From: Terriglobia bacterium
GTDB lineage: Bacteria; Acidobacteriota; Terriglobia; Acidiferrales; UBA7541
Assembly: GCA_963695545.1 (NCBI GenBank)
Contig: OY968796.1
Location: 3,424,001-3,488,000, forward strand
Reading direction: 5' to 3'
Length of the DNA: 64,000 nt
Under the pieces are notes generated by a model, which worked only from the letters and a program-made list of their open reading frames with translations, had not been told where the DNA came from and searched no databases. A program made the translations under genes and the position numbers. Shown in pieces: positions 57,292 through 64,000 of the stretch (position 1 is the stretch's first letter; each line of letters starts with the position of its first letter).

Positions 57292-57948
57292 TCAATGGGG
57301 AATCGGTCGCGCGATGTGCTTGCGTCGCGCCGCCAACGCAACCAGACTCATCAGTCCAATTCCGAGCAGCAGCGGCATGGACGGTTCCCCAGTGGTGGCT
57401 GGGGCCGACCACGATCCCAAAGTCGCGTAGCCGCTCGCCGTGTAACTCTCATTCAATCCGTAATTCGTGATGCCTTGTTCAACGTCGCTAATTTCCGCAT
57501 AGTTCTGCGAAAAATCTTCCTGCCCCGTTGCCGTTGAAAAAGACGCGAAGTCTTCGTAAAACTGGCCGGTTTCGCCCAGCGGAGTGATCAGGCCAACGAT
57601 TGAATAGGCTTCAATATCTCCGGAGCTGTTCGTCGTAATATCAAAATCGTAAGACGTCTCATTGCCCGGCAAAATGATGTCGTTAGCGGAACCGTCGGTG
57701 AACGAAAACGAAGAAATATCCGCCGTTATGTCGTCGCCCGTTTGGCTTTCGAGTTGCGCCACGGTCAATGTCGTATCAAACGTAATCGAGAGCGCGTAGG
57801 GCCCGCCACTACAGTAGGTCCCGCCGCAAGTGTTGTAGTCTTGGCCCGTATATGTGTACGTTGTATCCGCCCGCAGCGAACCCGGCAGCATCACGCACAG
57901 CAAACCGAGCAAGCCGACCGAGAAGATTAACTTCGCTCTCAATTTCAT
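57292..57948 (-). CDS. PEP-CTERM-like sorted surface protein
   Basis: Signal peptide ending LRA-D; acidic Ser/Thr-rich body; C-terminal TGEPS + TM helix + RRK. Confidence 0.78.
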   Translation of the reverse strand: MKLRAKLIFSVGLLGLLCVMLPGSLRADTTYTYTGQDYNTCGGTYCSGGPYALSITFDTTLTVAQLESQTGDDITADISSFSFTDGSANDIILPGNETSYDFDITTNSSGDIEAYSIVGLITPLGETGQFYEDFASFSTATGQEDFSQNYAEISDVEQGITNYGLNESYTASGYATLGSWSAPATTGEPSMPLLLGIGLMSLVALAARRKHIARPIPH

Positions 57949-58208
57949 CAGAATCACACTTTCAGCTACCAGCTTACCCGCAAAGCCTTCGATCCCCAAC
58001 GCCAACGATTTGCCTTGGCCGAGGCTCGGCGCTACATCACACCTCAGTCCCCAGTCGCACGATTGTCGCCAATGTCGGGATATTGGAAACACGGTACTTA
58101 TCGCCGGGCGGAAATCCGCGCACCGCAAATAATTGCATATTCTAGGCGCCCTGCCGCCCAGATTGCGCATCCTCGCATCACTTCCGATCCCGCCCGCCCT
58201 GGCTCCAT

Positions 58209-58712
58209 CTATTTCCCGACGTCCTTCTCCAATTTCTTCACCAAGCGCTCTCCCGCGCTGTTCGCTCCGGTCAATACGCCGCCCCACGCGTGACTATCGC
58301 TCCAAAGCACTTCGTTCCCTTTCGGCTCGATCGCCGTCAGATACGCGTCGCGTGAGGAAGCCGATTTCTTGTGATCCGTAGCCGGCTCCGCCTCGACAGT
58401 CCCGTTCGCGTCAATCACGCCGATCTTCCCGTCAGGCAAGAGCGCGCTCCCCGCGTGGTACGGATCGATCGAGAGCAATATGATTAAGTCCGCCTGATTC
58501 TGCTCCGGCACAATTTGAAATCGTCCCCACTTCTTTAGTTCATCCAGAGTCGCCGCACCCACCGCGGCGTCGCCGGATTGATCGTCGAAGTAAACCGTTT
58601 TCGCCGCCAAAATCTTCGCCGTTTTATCCTGCTGGTCCTGCCCCCGGAGTGGAATCGAAACCATCAAGATGGTCAGAACGAGAGGAGTAACCAGGTAACC
58701 GGCCTTCCGCAT
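58209..58712 (-). CDS. Secreted hypothetical protein
   Basis: Signal peptide; AAKTVYF…LKKWGRFQIV…ADLII…VLWSD; no function assignable. Confidence 0.75.
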   Translation of the reverse strand: MRKAGYLVTPLVLTILMVSIPLRGQDQQDKTAKILAAKTVYFDDQSGDAAVGAATLDELKKWGRFQIVPEQNQADLIILLSIDPYHAGSALLPDGKIGVIDANGTVEAEPATDHKKSASSRDAYLTAIEPKGNEVLWSDSHAWGGVLTGANSAGERLVKKLEKDVGK

Positions 58713-58812
58713 ACATTCATCTCCCGAGAAGGCGCTGCCGAGAGCCTACACCCAGTTTTCGCGAATCTTCAACGACCGTCGAAAGATCCGATAGCGAGAC
58801 ATCCGCGTCGGA

Positions 58813-59520
58813 TCATTTCCCCGGATCGGCGTCCGCCGGCGGAGTCGCCGCCAGCGCCTTGTCATTCAGCACCTGAGCCACAGCATCCGCCGCGGCCACG
58901 TCGTTCCGGCTGTGATCCGTCACGTCGTCATAGCGCAGTTGCGTCGGCCCGGGATCTAGTTCCGCGTTGTACTCGTCCGTGATCTCCGTGCCAGTCTGTT
59001 GCAGAAATTTGCTCGACTCCGCATTCAAATCCGCGCCGCTCACCAGATATTTTTTTCCGATGTACGTCGCCGCGATTCGCTCCGCAATCTTGTCGGCCGT
59101 CTGATAATAATATTCCGAAATCTGCCGATGCCCTTCTTCATGCTCGATCACATGCTGGCTCGCGTCGGCCGGCGCCCAGATCGTGATGTTCAGTTGCAGA
59201 GTCACTTCCACCTGCGTGATGGTCACCAGCGCGTGCGTCGCATCGGTCTGCAGTGGCTCCCCCTTCACACTCACGTTGGAAATGAAATCGGAATCGCAGA
59301 CCGCCTCTTCCCCCGGCACCATCGGCGGCATTTCCGCCGGCGGATTCGCCGGATCGAACGTCCGGCTCGCGAAATTCTCGGGTTCCTTGTCGACCGTCAC
59401 TCCGGCTCCGGCATCCGCGCCGTCTTGTTGCGTCGGCGCCATGTGCCGCAGCGCCAGCCAGCCGATGGCCAGCAGCCCCAGCAACACGCAAAGCAGCACA
59501 ATGGTCCGGCGAAATGGCAC
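58813..59520 (-). CDS. Membrane-anchored putative Zn-metallopeptidase (DUF922-like)
   Basis: N-terminal TM; HEEGH (HExxH); later Q-x-x-YD-x-x-TDH motif. Confidence 0.6.
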   Translation of the reverse strand: MPFRRTIVLLCVLLGLLAIGWLALRHMAPTQQDGADAGAGVTVDKEPENFASRTFDPANPPAEMPPMVPGEEAVCDSDFISNVSVKGEPLQTDATHALVTITQVEVTLQLNITIWAPADASQHVIEHEEGHRQISEYYYQTADKIAERIAATYIGKKYLVSGADLNAESSKFLQQTGTEITDEYNAELDPGPTQLRYDDVTDHSRNDVAAADAVAQVLNDKALAATPPADADPGK

Positions 59521-59782
59521 TCCAGCCTCCGCCGATCATTCTCCGAGCAACTCCGCTCCGCAGCCACGAGTTTGTCGGCGCACATGACGCGATAGGCACT
59601 CTCATCGATCCGCGGCGCCAACTCGCGATGCACTGCCATCGAGACACACACCCGCGTCGCGTGACCGGCGTCGCCGGTCATCTTCAGAAACTCCGTCGGC
59701 TCGCTCTCGAGCGCTCCAGCCGTCAGGGTGATTTAATCGGAAAATAAATTAGGGCCGGAAGTTTCCGAACCACTTTCTCGTT

Positions 59783-60193
59783 CTACGCGTCCTCCGCGGC
59801 CAGCTCATCCAGCACGCTCGAAGCCGCGTCCAGGTTATCCACGCCAAACACCACCAGTCCGCGCGTCGAGCCCGGCTCAATTCCGCAATACGTATGGTCG
59901 ATGTTGATCTGCTTTTCGCCCAACCGCGCCGCCGCGCGGCCCAACTGCCCCGGGCGATTCGCCAGCCTGCCCACAGCCGCGTCCGTCACCTCGAAGATCA
60001 TGTACAGGCCGCCCAGCACCGTCCTCGCGGTGGCCGTGTCATCCGCGATGAATCTCGCCAGGCTTTCGCCTTCCTCAACATACGATTGAAAGGCCAGTAT
60101 ATTCACCCCGCTCTGCGCCAGCGCGACGAAGCACTTCCCCAGCGCTCCCGGTTTGTCCACGATCGTTACCGTAAATTCCTTCGCCTTGGCCAT
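59783..60193 (-). CDS. Tandem ACT-domain protein
   Basis: VDKPGALG…GVNI and ANRPGQLG…QINIDHTY. Confidence 0.85.
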   Translation of the reverse strand: MAKAKEFTVTIVDKPGALGKCFVALAQSGVNILAFQSYVEEGESLARFIADDTATARTVLGGLYMIFEVTDAAVGRLANRPGQLGRAAARLGEKQINIDHTYCGIEPGSTRGLVVFGVDNLDAASSVLDELAAEDA

Positions 60194-60389
60194 GTGATTT
60201 CGCCCCCTCTCTTTTCCGGACGCCGCAGATTCCACATCGCAATCTAGCTGCGCGCGCTCCTGCTGGCAAATCGGTTGCGCCTCGGCTCGGCAGAAGCGTA
60301 CGATCTTCACGCCGAAAGCCTAAATCGAAAGCGCGGTGTCGGCGGTTCCCTTCCGGCTTCGTCCCGAAATTCCCGGAAAGGAGGTCAGC

Positions 60390-60803
60390 GTGCCAGCCAG
60401 CTATCGCATTGACAAACCGCGCAGAGTGGTCTTGAGCGTCGGCTCCGGCCGCCTGACCGCGTCCGACATCTTGGCTCACCAGCAGAAGCTCGTGCAAGAC
60501 CCCGATTTCGATCCCGCGTTTTCTCAGTTCTGGGATTTCACCACCGTCGTCGAAAACGACATCACCGCGGACGATGTCCGCACCATTGCAGCCATCACCA
60601 TCTTCTCTCCTCTATCCCGCCGCGCTGCCCTCGTCACCTCGGACGAGCAGGCACGCCTTGTGCACATGTTCGGCACGCTTCGAGAAAAAGAAGGCGAGTT
60701 CGGAGTTCGCGTCTTCCGCGACCGCAAGGAAGCCTTGCGCTGGGCCATCCCAGCGGAAGGTGACGTCCCATCGGACACAGACCAACCCGCCAGCGCCCGA
60801 TAA
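60390..60803 (+). CDS. Hypothetical protein, SpoIIAA-like (STAS/SEC14-type) fold
   Basis: GTG 60390 after AGGAGG; DPDFDP…DF, RRAALV, VRVFRDRKEALRW. Confidence 0.65.
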   Translation: MPASYRIDKPRRVVLSVGSGRLTASDILAHQQKLVQDPDFDPAFSQFWDFTTVVENDITADDVRTIAAITIFSPLSRRAALVTSDEQARLVHMFGTLREKEGEFGVRVFRDRKEALRWAIPAEGDVPSDTDQPASAR

Positions 60804-60877
60804 TTCAGACCAGCGGCCGCGTCCCGCGCGACCGGTCTGTACCCCGTTTCCACCTTTACCAGAAGCTAGCTATTAGA

Positions 60878-62068
60878 TTAAATCCGGGCGCGCCGGCGAC
60901 GGCCCGACAGAAACCACGTGTCCGCCAGCAATATCGCCAGCGCGAAGTAAGGCAGGCGCGACATCGCCCACAGTGTGGCCTGCACTCGCGCCCGAAAGCG
61001 GATCACCTGGCGGTTTTGATCTGCGGAAATGATCACCGGCAGGTTCCAATCGAGCCCCTCCAGCCGCGCCAGGAGCCCGCGGTGAACGCAGCCTTCGAGA
61101 TTGTAAATCCCGACCACCGCCGAAAAATGACTAGCGACGATCACGTCGTGCGAGAGCTCCTCCCAGCTCAACGGACCCATGCGCGCGCCCGCTTGGGGCT
61201 CGCCAGCGGTTATGCCGACGACAATGCCCTGCGCGGACGGACCGTACTGCCAAATGAGCGCGGAATCGGCGGCAAGGTTATAGCTCGAATAGAGCATCAG
61301 AACCTCGCGGTCGCCGCGCACATCGACAATGCCGAACAGCCGCTCGAGTAGCGTCGAACGGACTTCGCGCTCATCCGCAATGAAGGGAAACTGATAGGTT
61401 TCAACCTGATAGCCGGAGGCTTCGATTCGGGCGATGAAAGCCGTATATGCGATCCGGGCGCGAGTGACGGTATGGGGATCGACCAGCCGTTTGAGCGCGG
61501 CCCAAACCGCACGGTGAACACTCGTGAACTCCTGAAGATTTGGTTCTATATCGAGACCCACGCCGGACCAGCGCAGTCCCCAATCACCCGTCCACTTCTG
61601 AAATTCAGTGAAACGCTCTCCGGCGTCGGCGGCGTTCGATGCGTTCAGGTAATAGCCCTGCGCTCCAGGCAGCGCGAGCCACGCCGTCACCGGAATGCCG
61701 GCGGCGTTCAGTTGGCGGACGACCTGCGCGCGGCCGGGGCTCAGATCGATCAGCGAAAGGGTGACTCCGGCATTGAGCTGCCGCAGATCGCGAATCGCAT
61801 CCGGATCGGAGAAGAGCGATTGCAGCGCGGGCGTTTCCATTTGGCAGGCAAAATTCAGTTGCGGATGCTCGGCCGGGGCCGTCACGCGGACTTCGCCCGC
61901 GTCCCGATCGAGCCGCCGCGTGGCCAGGATAGCCCTCGCACCAATGACCAGCGCGAGACACAAGCCCAACTCGACCGCGAAAATCAGCAGCCACAGAAAC
62001 GTCCGCAGGAATCGCCGGAACATCCTTTTAATCATCCCATAAGCTGAATGCGGAAAGGGGTTCGTCAC
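60878..62068 (-). CDS. Hypothetical protein with N- and C-terminal TM helices and a possible TIM-barrel core
   Basis: 396-aa ORF; central GVGLDIEP; GTG start overlaps the upstream stop (GTGA). Confidence 0.7.
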   Translation of the reverse strand: MTNPFPHSAYGMIKRMFRRFLRTFLWLLIFAVELGLCLALVIGARAILATRRLDRDAGEVRVTAPAEHPQLNFACQMETPALQSLFSDPDAIRDLRQLNAGVTLSLIDLSPGRAQVVRQLNAAGIPVTAWLALPGAQGYYLNASNAADAGERFTEFQKWTGDWGLRWSGVGLDIEPNLQEFTSVHRAVWAALKRLVDPHTVTRARIAYTAFIARIEASGYQVETYQFPFIADEREVRSTLLERLFGIVDVRGDREVLMLYSSYNLAADSALIWQYGPSAQGIVVGITAGEPQAGARMGPLSWEELSHDVIVASHFSAVVGIYNLEGCVHRGLLARLEGLDWNLPVIISADQNRQVIRFRARVQATLWAMSRLPYFALAILLADTWFLSGRRRRARI

Positions 62069-62625
62069 TTGACCGCGGCGCTGGCCTGATCATTCCATCG
62101 TTGAAGGTTCACGCCCTTCACGACGAGCCATAGCATCAGCGATCCTTCCGCCGCGATGCCCAGGATCTCAATGTAAGTGGAAAGACGTTCTGCGCGCGGT
62201 GACATAAAGATCAGCCAACCCAATCCGGCTGACACCATCAGCACCCCCAAAAATCGAGGCAGGAACGTCGACTTCAGGATTAGGTAGCCGATCAGCAGGC
62301 AATACGGCGCGAAAAATACCAGCGAGTTGATTTTGTAAGGCGAGCGATTAAACAGGCCCAGAATATCATTGGCGCATCCCGCGAGGCTGAACAACGCTGC
62401 AAGCAAAGAGAGCGGCCCGCTCACTGGCTTAAACATGTAGTAGAACAACAGCGTCACGCTAACGTAGAACGCGTGCGAAATGATGTTCACTGCGTCGTAC
62501 GCGACAATCCGACTGTGGCCAATGAAGGCCTCCGCGGATATTGCCGTCACAAAATAGAGCAAATAAACAACGCCGGTCATCCTGGCCCTCGGGCCCGGCG
62601 ACGCTTCCATGATCTGTTCCGTCAT
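62065..62625 (-). CDS. DUF4386-like membrane protein
   Basis: ARMTGVVYL, LFYYMFKPVS, LIGYLILKSTFLPR-x-LG, E-x-x-LMLWLVVKGVN. Confidence 0.75.
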   Translation of the reverse strand: MTEQIMEASPGPRARMTGVVYLLYFVTAISAEAFIGHSRIVAYDAVNIISHAFYVSVTLLFYYMFKPVSGPLSLLAALFSLAGCANDILGLFNRSPYKINSLVFFAPYCLLIGYLILKSTFLPRFLGVLMVSAGLGWLIFMSPRAERLSTYIEILGIAAEGSLMLWLVVKGVNLQRWNDQASAAVK

Positions 62626-62834
62626 TTCATGCCGTCCAGGGGGGAACGCTTCTGCCTATGTTGTACCACCGATCGATCGGACGCGCGGATCGTTCCCGAT
62701 AAGTCGGGTTACCGGAGAAGTGGATTCCATATGCACGGTAAGCGCGGCTTAACCAAGCGTAGTCGGGCAAACGCACGGCGAAACGAAGCCTCGATATCGA
62801 ACGGACCCGATGCCCTTCATTCGACGCTGGGAAA

Positions 62835-63536
62835 TCAGCGCGCAAGCCACCGGAAAGCCCGCTCCACAAACGGTTTCGCATTCTCAGTCACGCACGGGCC
62901 ATGAGCGATGATCAGCTTATCGAAATCCCATGAGAGCAGCTTTTCAAGCGATCGCCGTGCGAGATTTCGATTCGTGAAGGTCAGTCTGATATCCAGTCCA
63001 ACGCCGCCGTGCGGAGCTGCCACGCCCTCCAGTTTGAATAGAAGATTGCGAAATGGCTTACCCTTCACCCTGGCGTGAATTTGGATTAAGTCATCCAATA
63101 TCACCGTCCCGGACTGCTTGTGAAAGAAAAGCACTTCATCGAGCAGACGATTTCCTGTGAAGACCAATTGGTCAAGGTCGTCGGCCCAGGCCCGAGGCGT
63201 CTCATCTCCCAGAACGCCCTTTAAGGGGAGCGGTCGCTTTTTCAACGTCAGAAGCGTGCTTCGCGACGACCAGAGTTGCGCCTCGGGGAACATCGCATGC
63301 CAGGCGTCCAGCCTCCAGAAGTGCCTCGGCGTCGCCGCAATGAGATATCGAACCGGCCCCAACTCAGCGATGCGTTTGAGCGTATCCGACGCCACCGATA
63401 CCGGGGAATCCACCCATATTGACCCATCGGAGAGCCGCACCAGCGTCATGCGAGTGGTAAAGGTGAAGCCCATGTCGCGGACATCCGGACCTTCAACGAT
63501 CCACACGTTTTTCGCGAACCGTTGAAGTCCTGGCAT
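62835..63536 (-). CDS. DUF4336-like (metallo-beta-lactamase-related) protein
   Basis: TRMTLVRLSDG, LGPVRYLIA, EVLFFH…TVILDDL, WDFDKLIIAHG. Confidence 0.8.
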   Translation of the reverse strand: MPGLQRFAKNVWIVEGPDVRDMGFTFTTRMTLVRLSDGSIWVDSPVSVASDTLKRIAELGPVRYLIAATPRHFWRLDAWHAMFPEAQLWSSRSTLLTLKKRPLPLKGVLGDETPRAWADDLDQLVFTGNRLLDEVLFFHKQSGTVILDDLIQIHARVKGKPFRNLLFKLEGVAAPHGGVGLDIRLTFTNRNLARRSLEKLLSWDFDKLIIAHGPCVTENAKPFVERAFRWLAR

Positions 63537-63733
63537 CGTGCACTCGAACCCAAACTTGTGCGTTACTCAATCGCTGGCCGAAGCAATCGGTCCGCTTCAA
63601 GGTTTACGCCAAGTTTGATTGCCGGGCAACTGCCGAGTGGATCGTACGTGTGATTCCACTTCTCCGGTAAGCGCGTTAATCAGGGCTAACGCGTCTAGGC
63701 TAGCCAACGCGGACCGAGGCGACGATGAGTGAG

Positions 63734-64000
63734 TTAGGAAGCTGTCGTGCGTGCGGTGCCGGGAACGAAAGCAAGGCGCGCTCCAACGGCATACGCGGCC
63801 GAGGTGTAAAACGGCAGCGTAATAAGAACCTGATCGAAGCAGCTGTTCTTCACCTGGCAGCCCCGACCGAAATAGTGTGTTAACCAAGTCTGATTCGTGC
63901 CCGACCAAAGTAGGGAGGAAGTGATGCCGGGCGCGAGGGTCGGAATCGCGATGACTGCGTAAAACAGGAATAAGGCAGGAAGTACCCAAACCCAAGTCAT
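63734..64000 (-). CDS. C-terminal part of a hypothetical membrane protein (runs off the window)
   Basis: Open frame to the window edge with hydrophobic segments flanking a C-x5-C pair. Confidence 0.55.
   Translation of the reverse strand: MTWVWVLPALFLFYAVIAIPTLAPGITSSLLWSGTNQTWLTHYFGRGCQVKNSCFDQVLITLPFYTSAAYAVGARLAFVPGTARTTAS

Noticed and set aside
59521..59780. Small ORFs or ncRNA in the gap between the HExxH and ACT genes
   Set aside because: No RBS, motif or convincing structure.

Overview
A GC-rich bacterial chromosomal segment, probably Acidobacteriota. That assignment is an inference from the fused LptF-LptG, the Pal with an extra N-terminal domain, a PEP-CTERM-type protein, the intergenic palindromic repeats and strong strand-specific G/C codon bias. 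The window has accessory flanks around a housekeeping core. Left flank (about 1-9 kb): hypotheticals, a REP-like repeat cluster, a Tat-exported PL26/YetA-like lyase with rhaT, a site-2 protease and a D-2-hydroxyacid dehydrogenase. Core (about 9-50 kb): glgP, sthA, a stand-alone nuoI, ypdA, parAB, miaB, tolQRAB-pal-cpoB, ssb, GH57, lptFG, udk, ppdK, glySQ, recO, pfkB/rhomboid, mazG-GNAT-menC/NSAR and wzt. Right flank (about 50-64 kb): permease, MOSC, TPR and small secreted/membrane proteins. The most interesting system is a translationally coupled four-gene operon at 15.8-19.0 kb: two tandem 'thymidylate kinase-like' genes (the second with a K-to-R P-loop change), ppx and sixA. The first protein carries the motifs I recall from the Sulfolobales heteromeric family-3 polyphosphate kinase rather than those of true TMK, so this is a candidate bacterial PPK3 polyphosphate module. 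Also notable: GC skew flips from G-rich to C-rich across about 25-35 kb (likely replication terminus), with an atypical parAB pair nearby. No rRNA, tRNA, CRISPR array, transposase or integrase was seen. Family calls come from recognising motifs by eye, not from database searches.
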